This document shows, in pieces, positions 10,059-21,376 of a stretch of 64,000 nucleotides of DNA. The notes under the pieces are model-generated. The model did no database searches. It was not told the DNA's origin and worked only from the letters and a program-made list of their open reading frames with translations. This DNA comes from an uncultured delta proteobacterium (GTDB lineage Bacteria; Myxococcota_A; Polyangia; Polyangiales; Polyangiaceae), in assembly GCA_963841435.1 (NCBI GenBank), contig CAWJCS010000001.1, positions 160,001 through 224,000 of the forward strand, read 5' to 3'. Both the position numbers and the translations under genes were made by a program. Position 1 is the first letter of the stretch, and every line of letters begins with the position of its first letter.

Positions 10059-11714
10059 TCAGCGTGGCCTGGAAGTCTTGCGGTGCCGGTGCTTGCGGCG
10101 ATGTTTCTTCGCGGGGGCCTTGTCCGCAGCCTTGGCGGCCTCGCCGAGAGCGAAGCGCGAGATGCGGACGCTGCGGCCGAGCCGCTTCGCACGCGTGGGT
10201 TTGCCCATGTGCGCGAGCTTCGCGCGGATTGCCTTGGCGGGCGCCCAGGACCGCCCTTCGATCGTCCAGACGGTCGTGGCCCCTTCGATGGCCTTTGGTA
10301 GTTTCGCCACATCGTCAACGGCGACGTACTCGAAGCGACGGAGCGGTCGCGTCTTGCGGCTGAAATAGTACTCGAGCAGCCGCGCCTCCCGCTGGGCGGT
10401 GGTGAGCACTTTGGCGCCGCGCCGCGCGTCACGCTGCACGAGTCTGATGCCGTCGTACCAGCGCGGCTTGAGGACGGGCGCATAGTACTCGAGGTGCAGC
10501 GCACGGCCCGCGAAGAGCGCGAAGGCGGCGACGGAAAGGACGCGGACCGCAACCGGGCGCACGAAGAGCAGACCGGCGGCCACGAGAACGGCGAACGGCG
10601 CGACCGACCAGACGATCGTCCGCGTCAGGAAGATGGGCTCGCGCAAGCTCGCGAGCAGCACGAGCCCGGGACCGAGCAGCGTGAGCACCCACAGGGACAC
10701 GAGGGCGAGTGCCTGACGGCGCAGGGCGAAGCTGCCGAGCAAGGCGAGCGCGAGCACGACGACGTTCAGCCATAAGCCGTGGCCGAACAGGAACACCCAC
10801 TCGACGTAGCGCCAGACAATCCTCTGCGTCGGGTGTGAGATCCATGGCTTCATGTGAACCACGACGCCGATCTGGCGGACCAGATGCCAGAGCCATGGCA
10901 TGAAGGCGACGATCACGACGACGTTCGTCAACAGATAGTTGAGCGCGAAGCGCCAGCGTTCCTCACTGCGCGCCACGATGAACGCGAGCGCGACGGCGGA
11001 GCACGAGATGACGAACAGAGCGCTCGTTCCGTGCGAGTAGAGCGCGAGCAACAGCCCGAAGGCGAGCAGCAGCCACGCGCGCCGCGCCTGCCGAGTCGCA
11101 GCATCGGCCGCGCGCCGGAAGCTTCGATGAAGCGGTCGTGCCGCCTCCGCGGGGTGCTGCACGAGCCAGAGCAGCCCCCAGACCGCGAGGCTCGCCGCCA
11201 GGCAGTACATGGCGTACATGCGCGCCTCCTGGTCGTACTGCACGGAGCACGGGTTCAGCGCGATGACGAGGGCTGCCACCAGGCCGAGGACGCGGCCGCC
11301 GACCGTGCGACCAATACCGTAAACGGCGAGCACTTTGAGCACTCCAAAGATGGCCGACGGCAAGCGCAGCATGAGCTCGCTGTCGCCGATGCCGAGCGCG
11401 AGGTAAAAGTGCATCAACAAGAAGTAAGTGGGGATGTGATGCTTGTTCTCGGCGTCCCGCACGAGCCCCTCGAGCGTCAAGCGTGACCGATGGAACGTCG
11501 TTGCTTCATCGAGCCACAGCGACTCGCCGCCGAGGTCGTGAAAGCGCGTGAACAACGCGACGAGCAGCACGACGCCGATCAGGAAGCGTTCGTCGCGCAG
11601 CACCCTCAAAATGCGCTCGCGTCGCGCTGGCGTCAGCCAAGTTGACCAGGGAAAGGAGAACGCAGCCAGACGACCCACCAAAGACCGAGAAACGAGCCCG
11701 GCGCACCTTGGCAC
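10059..11714 (-). CDS. GT39/PMT-like (ArnT/PMT_2) membrane glycosyltransferase
   Basis: ESLWLDEATT, HIPTYFLL, LRLPSAIFG, QEARMYA; basic tail KKHRRKHRHRKTSRPR; start uncertain. Confidence 0.85.
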   Translation of the reverse strand: MPRCAGLVSRSLVGRLAAFSFPWSTWLTPARRERILRVLRDERFLIGVVLLVALFTRFHDLGGESLWLDEATTFHRSRLTLEGLVRDAENKHHIPTYFLLMHFYLALGIGDSELMLRLPSAIFGVLKVLAVYGIGRTVGGRVLGLVAALVIALNPCSVQYDQEARMYAMYCLAASLAVWGLLWLVQHPAEAARPLHRSFRRAADAATRQARRAWLLLAFGLLLALYSHGTSALFVISCSAVALAFIVARSEERWRFALNYLLTNVVVIVAFMPWLWHLVRQIGVVVHMKPWISHPTQRIVWRYVEWVFLFGHGLWLNVVVLALALLGSFALRRQALALVSLWVLTLLGPGLVLLASLREPIFLTRTIVWSVAPFAVLVAAGLLFVRPVAVRVLSVAAFALFAGRALHLEYYAPVLKPRWYDGIRLVQRDARRGAKVLTTAQREARLLEYYFSRKTRPLRRFEYVAVDDVAKLPKAIEGATTVWTIEGRSWAPAKAIRAKLAHMGKPTRAKRLGRSVRISRFALGEAAKAADKAPAKKHRRKHRHRKTSRPR

Positions 11715-11922
11715 CTGGCACTTGGGCGCGCAAGCTCGCGCCGGGGGCGTCAGGCATCGCGGCAGGCTGGATCAACGCCTCGTGCCGATCGCGTCGTCGA
11801 TACGCGAGTGCCCAGTGACCCCGCGGACAATCCGCGCAGCCCCCTTGATTTTCCCGCGCTTCGAGAATACTGGCTATCGTCTTGAGTCCCACGAAGAGCA
11901 CGCCGATGACGGACGATCGGAC

Positions 11923-13650
11923 ATGTCCGTAGCGCGTCAGCTCCCTCGCTGGGCGGAGTCACTGTTGCGAAGCGCTCGTGCCCGGGAGGTCGCCCTAGCG
12001 GCCCTCTTGGGGACGCTGGCGTTCGCCCTCGTTCTCGACTTCGGCATCGTGCGCCCGACGGCGATCGACTGGCTGTTCAACTACCACACGGACCCCGCGC
12101 AATATTACATCTCGCTCGCGTTTTACCGGAACTCTGCCTGGCACTTTCCACTCGATGGCATGGAGACGATGCTCCATCCGGCCGGGGCCTCGTTCACGCT
12201 CGCCGACGGTATCCCCCTGCTCGGGATTCCGACCAAGGCGCTGACGTGGGCGCTGCCGACGGACTTTCAGTACTTCGGGTTCTGGCTCTTCATCTGCTAC
12301 GTCCTGAACGCCGTCTTCGCCAAGCTCGTGTTGAATCACCTCGTGCGGTCGCGGCCACTGGCGTGGGTGGGGACCGCCATCGTCACGCTCGCGCCCGCCT
12401 TCGTCGCGAACTTTCGCCACGCCCACCTCTCGTCGCACTGGCTCATTCTGGCTGCGTTCCACGCGTTGATCGCGGCGCCTGCCGTGCCCAAACGGCGGAT
12501 TTGGGTCTACTCGACGATGAGCCTGTTCATCCAGCCGTACCTGTTCGTGATCGTGAACGGCGTGCTGGTCGGCGCGTACTGGATCCACCGAAAAGAGCGA
12601 CGGGACCTCGCTGTCACCGCGATGGGTTGGGTCGCCCTGACCCTTCTTTCGGCGTGGGTGCTCGGCTACTTTCGCATGCCGAGCTCGACCGCGTCCGCGC
12701 TGCCCCGCTTCCACGCGGACCTCGTGGCCTTCTTCAGCGCCATGGGAACCTCGAGCATCGTGCCCGATACGCCGATGGGCGGGCCGTTCAGAAAGCAGTG
12801 GAACGGGACGTCGGCGACGTACGCGTACCTTGGCCTCGGCGGTTTCGCGCTCCTCGCCGCGCTCCTCGCACGGCTCGTCGAAGGAGCCGTGCGACGCCCG
12901 AGCGCACCCATCCTGCACCCGGCCTGGAAGGTGCTCGGCGTGCTTTCGCTCTTGATGGCAGCCTACGCATGGACGCCGTCACCGTACATCCTGGGCACGC
13001 GACATGCGGGCCTCCCGTTTCTCACCGATCTCATCCACCCCATCGTTCTCCGGCTGCGTAGCGTTTCGCGGTTCGCCTGGCCGCTCTACTACTACGTCTT
13101 CTTCTTCGGCCTGCAGGCTGCCGACCAGTGGATCTCGCGGCTCTCGTTCGCTCGAGCCGCTCCAATCGGGGCCCTGTTGCTCGGTGGCGCTCAGTTTGCG
13201 GACATCGGCCCGTGGCTGATGTCGCGCGGCAACCTCCGGCAGTTCAAAAACCCGACCCACGTCGGCAAGGTTTCCCGCTCCTTCGAGCGCGCCGTCACCA
13301 AGAAGGTTCGCTATCTGGTGCTCGACCCGCCCGTGTCCCGCCGCAGCTGCGCCTCCGTCAACATCCCGGCGCCGCACCGGCAATGGAGGCATGGGGAGTA
13401 CTATCCGATCGCGCTGTTCGCCGCGCGTCATCATCTGATCGTGAACACGGATTTTCGCGCTTCCGCCCGCATGAGCGACAACGTCCTCTCGGTCGTGTGC
13501 GCCTACACGGCACAAATGCGCGAAGCGGCGGGCCACCGGGACAACGTCGTGGTGTTGCGGGTTCCCGGAAAGCCCCGGAAGCATCGCCGGTCACCCAACC
13601 GTCGTCATCGTCCAAAAGGACGCCACCACGGCAAGGGCAGGAAGAAGTGA
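11923..13650 (+). CDS. DUF6311/YfhO-like multi-pass membrane protein (GT-C-like)
   Basis: DPAQYY...WHFPL, DGIPLL, FQYFGFW, HLSSHW, YAYLGLG, RSVSRFAWPLYY; basic His-rich tail. Confidence 0.7.
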   Translation: MSVARQLPRWAESLLRSARAREVALAALLGTLAFALVLDFGIVRPTAIDWLFNYHTDPAQYYISLAFYRNSAWHFPLDGMETMLHPAGASFTLADGIPLLGIPTKALTWALPTDFQYFGFWLFICYVLNAVFAKLVLNHLVRSRPLAWVGTAIVTLAPAFVANFRHAHLSSHWLILAAFHALIAAPAVPKRRIWVYSTMSLFIQPYLFVIVNGVLVGAYWIHRKERRDLAVTAMGWVALTLLSAWVLGYFRMPSSTASALPRFHADLVAFFSAMGTSSIVPDTPMGGPFRKQWNGTSATYAYLGLGGFALLAALLARLVEGAVRRPSAPILHPAWKVLGVLSLLMAAYAWTPSPYILGTRHAGLPFLTDLIHPIVLRLRSVSRFAWPLYYYVFFFGLQAADQWISRLSFARAAPIGALLLGGAQFADIGPWLMSRGNLRQFKNPTHVGKVSRSFERAVTKKVRYLVLDPPVSRRSCASVNIPAPHRQWRHGEYYPIALFAARHHLIVNTDFRASARMSDNVLSVVCAYTAQMREAAGHRDNVVVLRVPGKPRKHRRSPNRRHRPKGRHHGKGRKK

Positions 13651-13732
13651 AGGCCTGTTGGAGCCCGCCGCTAGAACGGCGGGCGATCGACGCGCGGGCC
13701 CGCCACGCATCGTCCGGGCGACACGCGGCGTT

Positions 13733-15169
<1,437 letters not shown>

Positions 15170-15280
15170 GGCTGCCTCGACGGGGCCGAAGGAGCGGCAA
15201 TCATAGCCACACCATGATAGCGCGGGCCCGCGCGGGCGCGAAGCCCGCGCGGGAGGCCATGGCGCCGGGTTTTGTGGGCT

Positions 15281-18200
15281 CTACTGGCAGGTGGCGTTGT
15301 TCGTGCCCGAGCACGTGCCCGAGCACGCCAGGTTGCTCGACTGGTTGTAGGTGCGCGCCCAGCCGGCATTCTGGAGGATGGTTCTGAGGGCGTCGGGCTG
15401 GCACACGCTGAGCTGGGAGTTCGACTGCACCGTCAGGTTACCGGCAAGGGTCGTGAACTTGCCGGTGGACGGCAGCAGGCCGAGGATCGAGACGAGGCTG
15501 CCGTTGCCGTACACCTGGAAGTAGTCGCTCGTGGTCGTGCCGACGCTCGTGAGCTTCGACAGGCCGTCGAGATTCACCAGTGAGCCGTTGCTCTGGATGT
15601 TGAAGTACTTGCCGACCGTCGTCAGCGACGCGAGGCCGCCGACGTTCGTGAGCGCTTGATTGTTGTAGATCTGCAGGTAGCCGCTCACGCTCGCGAGGGA
15701 CGAGAGCCCGCCGATCGTGCTGAGCGCTGCGTTCGACTGGATGTTCATGTCGCCACCGACCGTCTGCAGGCCGCCGAGGCCGTTGAGGTTGGTGAGCGAC
15801 GCGTTGCTCGAGATGGTGACCGCGCCGCCGATCGACTGGAGGTTGGTCATCCCGTTGACGTTCGTCAGCGTCGTCGATTGGAGCAGGAAGTTGCCCGTCA
15901 GGGTCGTCACGTTCTTCATCCAGGCAAGGTCGGTCGTGCCGTTGATGTCGGCATCGCCCGTGAACGTGCCGCTCTGATTGTCGATGCCGCCCGCCGTGCC
16001 CGTGCAGGTCGCTCCGGAGCACACCGTACAGCCGGAGTTCGCGCCGCTCTTGTTGAGGCCGCTCGAAACGTTGAGCGCCGTCCTCAAGAGGTCAACCTCG
16101 CACCGCGAGAGCGCCGGGTTGCCGGCGATCTGGTAGATGTTGCCGAGTGCGCCGGTGCTGAGCGTGCCGGAGCGCAGCCCGGCGATGCTATTTAGCACCG
16201 GGTTGGACGCCACGACGAGGTCGAGCCCGATCGAGACGAGGCTGTCGAACCCGTTGAAGTTCGTCAGCACGTCGCTGTCGCGGATGATGAGCGACACGCC
16301 GATCTGCCCGAGGTTCGTAAACCCGCTGATCGACGTGAGCGCGGGGTGGTTCTTGATGCTCAGCGTGCCGATGATGTCGGTCACCGCGTTGAACCCGCTG
16401 ATCGTCTGCAGGCCGTTGTCGTGGATGTCGACGTTGGCGTTCGGCATCGCGAGCGAGGTGAAGCCCGCGATGCTGACCAGGAGCGGATTGTTGTAGATGA
16501 GGATTGAGCTCGCGACGCTCGTGAGGCCCTCGAAGCCGTTGTTGGCGTCGAGCGAGGCGAGCTTCGCGTTGTCGTGGATCTCGAGCGTGCTGCTGATGGA
16601 GTCGAGCGTCGAGAAGCCGCCAATCGACGTGAGCGAGGCGCAGCTCGTGATCTTGAGCGCGCCGGCCGAGACCGTCGCGAGGGCCTCGAACCCGTTGATG
16701 GTCGCGAGTGCGGCGTCGTTGTTGATGCGAAGCTCTCCGTGCACGTCGTTGAGCGACGCGAAGCCGCTGATGCTCGCGAGCGACGAGTTCGACTCGATCG
16801 CGAGATAGGCGCCGACCGAGTAGAGCGAGCCGATGCCGTTGAGATCCGAGAGCGCGCTGTTGCTCGCGATGTTGAAGTACTGGCTGACGGACGTGAGCCC
16901 GCTCAGGCCGTTGATGTTCTGCAGTGCACCGTTGCCGTAGATCTGCAGGTACCCGCCCACGGTCGTGAGTGCGCCGAGCCCGTTCAAGCTCGTGAGCGAC
17001 CCGTTGCTCTGGATGTTGAAGTAGCTGCCGACCGAGGCGAGCATACTGAGGCCGTTCACGTTGGTGAGCGCCTGGTTGTTGTAGATCTGGAGGTAGCCGC
17101 CCACGGTCGCCAGGCTGCTCAGCCCCGTGAGGCTCGTGAGGCTGCTGTTCGACTGGATATTCAGGTTGCCGTCGATGGCGGTGAGCTTGTTCAGCGCGCT
17201 CAACGTCGTCAGCGAGCTGTTGCTACTGATGCTCACGTCGCCGGTCACGTGAACCAGGTTGCCGAGGCCCGTCACGTTGGAGAGTGACGTGCTGTTGATG
17301 GTGAGGTCACCGATGATTTCGGTGACGTTGGCGAGCGCGGGGAGCTGCGCGGAGCTCGTGATGGTGATCGACCCCTGGAAGGTGCCGCTCTGACCGGTCG
17401 GGCCGCCGCTCGTGCCCGAGCAGACCGGCCCCGTGCACTGGGTGCAGCCGGCATTGCAGCAGCTCGTGTCGGTTCCCAGGAGGCCGTTCGCGTTCTCTAG
17501 GGTCTGCTTGAGGTCCGCGACGGCGCAGCTCGAAAGGTTCGGATTGCCCGAGATGTCGAACAAGTTGCCGATGCTCTGCATGTTGGCCGTGAGCAGGGCG
17601 TTGATGCTGCTGAGCGCGGGGTTGTTCTTGACCAAGAGGTCGGTGCCAATGGTCTTCAGGTTCGCGACGCCGTCGAAGTTCGTGAGCTTGCTGTTGATGC
17701 GAATGCCGAAGTAGTTGCTGACCTCGTCGAGCGATCCGAAGCCGCCGATGGTCGTCAGGTTCGGGTTGTCGTGAATATCGACGTGTCCGATCACCTTGAG
17801 CACGGAGTTGAACCCGGCAATCGAGGCGAGCGACGCGTTGTTGTAGATCTCGAGGTGCCGGTTCGCCGTGGCAAGCTTCGTGAATCCCGCGATCGACGTG
17901 ATCGCGGGGTTGTTGTAGAGCAGGATGTCGCTGCCGGCGAAAGCCAGGGCGTTGAAGCCGTCGATCCTGGAGAGCACCGTGTTGTCGCGGATGACGGTGG
18001 AGCCGGTGACGTTCTGGAGCTTGGGGAAGCCCAGAATGTTCGTGAGCATGGCCTCGCTGTAGATGGAGAGGCCGCCGGCGTCCGTCAGCTCGGCGAAGCC
18101 CGTCAAGGTCGTCTGCTTGGCGTTGCTGTACACGTTGATGGTGCCACCGGCGGCGGTGAGCTTCGCGAAGCCGGCGAGCGAGGTGAGGTTGGCGTTGGAG

Positions 18201-19951
18201 CTGACGGTGATGTCGCCGACGGTCGAATCGAGCGCGGCGAACCCGCCGATGCTCTGCAGCGTGGCGTTGGAAGCGATGTTGATGTAGCTGCCGACCTTCT
18301 TGAGAGCGCCGAAGCCCGTGATGTCGACGAGCGCACCGTTGCCGTAGACCTGGACGTATTGGCCGACCTCTTGGACGGCCGGGAACCCGGAAAGGTTCAG
18401 CATGCCGCTGTTCGACTGGAGGTTCAGGTAGCCGTAGACCTTGGCCAGGCTGTTGAGCCCGTTGACGTTCAAGAGCCCGTTGTTGTTGTAGAGCTGGAAG
18501 TAGCCGCCCACCGTCTGCAGGTTCCCGAGCGCCGTCAGATCGTTGAGGGTGCCGTTGCTCTGGATGTTGAAGCTTCCGACGACGGTGGTGAGCCCCGAGA
18601 GCCCGCTCAGCGTGGAAAGCTGGCTGTTGCTCGAGATGCTGATGTTCCCGCCGACCCACTGCAGGGCCTCGAGGCCCGCGAGGTTGGTGAGCGAGGTGCT
18701 GTTGATCGTGAGGTCACCCGTGATGCAGGTGGTCCCGGCGGTCTGGAAGTCCGACAGGCTCGTCGTGTTGCTGATGGTGACGCTGCCGGACGTGAGCGTG
18801 CCGGCGCAACCGAGCGCCGTGATTTCGGTGCCGCACGTTCCCGTGACGCAGGTCGGCTGCTGACCGGGACACTGCGCCTTGTTGCCGCACGTCGTGCCGC
18901 AGGTCGCCGTGTTGTTGAGGTTGACGTTGCAGGCCGTCGTCGCCTCGCCGTCGCAGTTTCGCGTTCCGGCGGCGCACGGCAGGCAAGAGCCCGCGATGCA
19001 GGTGTGCGTTTCGGCGGGACAGGCGACCGGCTGGCTCCAGTCACCGCTCGTGCACGTCTCGACGGCCGTGCCGCTCGACGAGCAACGCTTCTTGCCGTCG
19101 ATGCAGTTGCCGCCGCCGCCCGTGCCGCTCGACCCCGCGGTGCCCGCGGTGCCGCTCGTGCCGGCGGTGCCGGCCGTACCGGAGGTGCCACCGACGCCGC
19201 TCGAGCCCGCGGTGCCGCTCGTGCCGCCCATGCCGCTCGACCCGCCCTTGCCCGCGGTGCCGCTGGTTCCGCCCGCCCCCATCATCTGACCCGCGGTCCC
19301 ACCGAGGCTGCCGCCCGTCCCGCCCGACTCGTCGCTGCCGCCTTCGCCACCGGCACCGCCGTTGGTGTTGCCCGTGGCCGTGCCGCCGCTGCCGCCGCTG
19401 CCGCCGCTGCCGCCCTTGCCGCCCATGCCTCCGGACGCCGCACCCGGGCCCATGGCGCCTGGAGCCGCGCCGACCAGATCGCCGCCCGAGGTGACCTCGG
19501 TCGGCTCCGCGCACACGCCGTGCACGCAGAGCTGCTCGCCGATGCAGTCGCGCTCTTCCATGCACTGGTTGCGGCACTGGCTGTCCACGGCGCAGACGAG
19601 GGGGTCCTTGCAGTCCGAGTTGAAGTGACACTTCGTTTCGGAGGGCAGCTGGCAGACGTTCTGCGTGCTGCTGCTTCCCTCGCCGCCCTCGCCGCCTTCG
19701 CCGCCCGAGCTCACCTTCACGCAGCGCTGGGTCGCCGGGCAATCGCTCGAGTCCGCGCACTGAGCGTGGCAGAGGCCGAAGCTACAGACGAGCGCCCCCT
19801 GGCAGTCCGAGTTCAGCTTGCAGGTATGGTAATTGTTGGGAGGCGCGTTGTCCGAGCTACAACCGACGGCCACGGCGAACGGAGCCGCGAGAACCAGGAG
19901 CGGTGCGAACACCCACCTGGCGAATGATGAGCCCTTGGATGAAGCAGTCAT
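15281..19951 (-). CDS. Large lipoprotein: Cys-rich N-terminal modules, Gly-rich linker, three receptor-L-domain-like LRR solenoids
   Basis: Lipobox AVAVGC; ~25-aa repeats LxxLxGLxxLxxVGGxLxIxxNxxL in three blocks, each ending in NxxLSxC and a Cys-rich cap. Confidence 0.85.
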   Translation of the reverse strand: MTASSKGSSFARWVFAPLLVLAAPFAVAVGCSSDNAPPNNYHTCKLNSDCQGALVCSFGLCHAQCADSSDCPATQRCVKVSSGGEGGEGGEGSSSTQNVCQLPSETKCHFNSDCKDPLVCAVDSQCRNQCMEERDCIGEQLCVHGVCAEPTEVTSGGDLVGAAPGAMGPGAASGGMGGKGGSGGSGGSGGTATGNTNGGAGGEGGSDESGGTGGSLGGTAGQMMGAGGTSGTAGKGGSSGMGGTSGTAGSSGVGGTSGTAGTAGTSGTAGTAGSSGTGGGGNCIDGKKRCSSSGTAVETCTSGDWSQPVACPAETHTCIAGSCLPCAAGTRNCDGEATTACNVNLNNTATCGTTCGNKAQCPGQQPTCVTGTCGTEITALGCAGTLTSGSVTISNTTSLSDFQTAGTTCITGDLTINSTSLTNLAGLEALQWVGGNISISSNSQLSTLSGLSGLTTVVGSFNIQSNGTLNDLTALGNLQTVGGYFQLYNNNGLLNVNGLNSLAKVYGYLNLQSNSGMLNLSGFPAVQEVGQYVQVYGNGALVDITGFGALKKVGSYINIASNATLQSIGGFAALDSTVGDITVSSNANLTSLAGFAKLTAAGGTINVYSNAKQTTLTGFAELTDAGGLSIYSEAMLTNILGFPKLQNVTGSTVIRDNTVLSRIDGFNALAFAGSDILLYNNPAITSIAGFTKLATANRHLEIYNNASLASIAGFNSVLKVIGHVDIHDNPNLTTIGGFGSLDEVSNYFGIRINSKLTNFDGVANLKTIGTDLLVKNNPALSSINALLTANMQSIGNLFDISGNPNLSSCAVADLKQTLENANGLLGTDTSCCNAGCTQCTGPVCSGTSGGPTGQSGTFQGSITITSSAQLPALANVTEIIGDLTINSTSLSNVTGLGNLVHVTGDVSISSNSSLTTLSALNKLTAIDGNLNIQSNSSLTSLTGLSSLATVGGYLQIYNNQALTNVNGLSMLASVGSYFNIQSNGSLTSLNGLGALTTVGGYLQIYGNGALQNINGLSGLTSVSQYFNIASNSALSDLNGIGSLYSVGAYLAIESNSSLASISGFASLNDVHGELRINNDAALATINGFEALATVSAGALKITSCASLTSIGGFSTLDSISSTLEIHDNAKLASLDANNGFEGLTSVASSILIYNNPLLVSIAGFTSLAMPNANVDIHDNGLQTISGFNAVTDIIGTLSIKNHPALTSISGFTNLGQIGVSLIIRDSDVLTNFNGFDSLVSIGLDLVVASNPVLNSIAGLRSGTLSTGALGNIYQIAGNPALSRCEVDLLRTALNVSSGLNKSGANSGCTVCSGATCTGTAGGIDNQSGTFTGDADINGTTDLAWMKNVTTLTGNFLLQSTTLTNVNGMTNLQSIGGAVTISSNASLTNLNGLGGLQTVGGDMNIQSNAALSTIGGLSSLASVSGYLQIYNNQALTNVGGLASLTTVGKYFNIQSNGSLVNLDGLSKLTSVGTTTSDYFQVYGNGSLVSILGLLPSTGKFTTLAGNLTVQSNSQLSVCQPDALRTILQNAGWARTYNQSSNLACSGTCSGTNNATCQ

Positions 19952-20160
19952 ACGCAAACCTCACATCCCCCACTTGCTGACAAGAAACGGCCTAAGGCCG
20001 TCGCGACCGTAACATGCCTTCGCACGTTTTCGCGACGCCAGATTTTCGCGCGAGCCCCTTACGTCGTTCCTCTTCGAATTCTTCGAATTCGTCCAAACCG
20101 GGGCTCGCTCGGTGAGCCCTCAGCTACCAGCCGACGCGGCAAGGGCCCGAAGGGCGCTGG

Positions 20161-20260
20161 AGAAGGCGGAGATGGAGGAAGGGGAGGGAGATGGAGAAGG
20201 GGAGGAAGGGGAGATTGAGGATGAGGGTGGAAACGAAAGAAAGAGGATGAAGCGGATGAC
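20161..20260. repeat. Polypurine low-complexity tract (88 of 100 nt purine)
   Basis: Counted directly; imperfect ggagatggag(g)aagggga units. Confidence 0.75.
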
Positions 20261-20314
20261 CGGGGCGGGCGGAGACGCTTGGTTGGCGCTTTTGCTCGTG
20301 TTATGACGTGATCT

Positions 20315-21376
20315 TTGCACCGAGGGTCGCCCGTGCTGAAGAGTTCCCGAGACGCGCTCGTACGACGTGCGCTCGGCTTGGTGCGCCTCGGGGCGGTAAG
20401 TGCGGCTCTTCTTTTGGTTTTTGCATCGGCCTGCGGGAGCGAAAAGGCGAGCTGCGTCCCGGGGCAGTCGATCTCGTGCAGCCTCGGCGACTGCACGGGC
20501 CACCAGGTCTGCAACGCGAACGGCGACGCTTACGGTGAATGCGTCTGCTCCGGCCCGGACGCCGGGGATTTCCCCAAGACGGGGCCGCACTCCGGGCTCA
20601 TCGGCGCGGCCTGTGACAGCTCCGCGGACTGCCGCTCGGGATTCGATTGCCTCACGGTCGACTCCAAGGTCCTGAACGGTGAGGGTCCGAGCGCGGGGAT
20701 TTGCCTCGCGAGGTGCTTGCCCGAGCACGACTTCTGCAGCGACCTCGACGCGAGGTCGAAATGCATCGTGCTCGCCGATGGCGGGACGCCGTCCAACACG
20801 CTCGACGACGTGGCCTACTGCCTGCCGGGCTGCGAGCTCGGGACCCAGCCGAACGAGCTCGACAAGTGCCGCGGGCGCATCGACCTCGTGTGCGCCGAGT
20901 CGCCGGCGGGGTCCGGGGTCGGCTTCTGCCGGCCCGCGTGCCGGAGCGACCTCGACTGCGCGCGCCGCCACTGCGACCTCGGCACCGGGCTTTGCAGCGA
21001 TGACGCGCAGACCGGCGACCCCATCGGGGCCCCGTGCAACCCCGGTCCCACGGTGTCGAGCTGCGCGGGCGGTTGCCTCGACCACGGCACCACGTTCGCC
21101 GAATGCAGCGGCGTCTGCAGCTTCGGGATGGCTGGGTGCGGTCAGGAAAGCCAGGAAGCCCCCCTCGACTACTTCTGCACGCTCGATCCGACCGTCGGAT
21201 CGGGCAACGGCGACCTCGGCTACTGCGCCAAGCTCTGCGACTGCGACGACGACTGCGGCCGGTCGGACGCCGTGTGCGAGCCAAGTGACTCGCTGCCGGC
21301 CGGCACGGGGCGCACCGGCGTCTGCGGGCCCACGACGTACACGAGCGGCGACCCGCGACCCAACACACCATGCTAA
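20315..21376 (+). CDS. Cys-rich lipoprotein
   Basis: Lipobox FASAC; dense Cys modules (GAACDSSADCRSGFDC, CRSDLDC, YCAKLCDCDDDC); start may be GTG 20333. Confidence 0.8.
   Translation: MHRGSPVLKSSRDALVRRALGLVRLGAVSAALLLVFASACGSEKASCVPGQSISCSLGDCTGHQVCNANGDAYGECVCSGPDAGDFPKTGPHSGLIGAACDSSADCRSGFDCLTVDSKVLNGEGPSAGICLARCLPEHDFCSDLDARSKCIVLADGGTPSNTLDDVAYCLPGCELGTQPNELDKCRGRIDLVCAESPAGSGVGFCRPACRSDLDCARRHCDLGTGLCSDDAQTGDPIGAPCNPGPTVSSCAGGCLDHGTTFAECSGVCSFGMAGCGQESQEAPLDYFCTLDPTVGSGNGDLGYCAKLCDCDDDCGRSDAVCEPSDSLPAGTGRTGVCGPTTYTSGDPRPNTPC

Noticed and set aside
19100-19440. Gly/Thr/Ser-rich repeats (also at about 28520-28900, 30800-30980 and 35950-36330)
   Set aside because: Ordinary low-complexity linkers of myxobacterial secreted proteins, not independent elements
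20112-20306. 64-aa Glu/Gly-rich ORF
   Set aside because: Explained by the purine tract; codon pattern unlike real genes here
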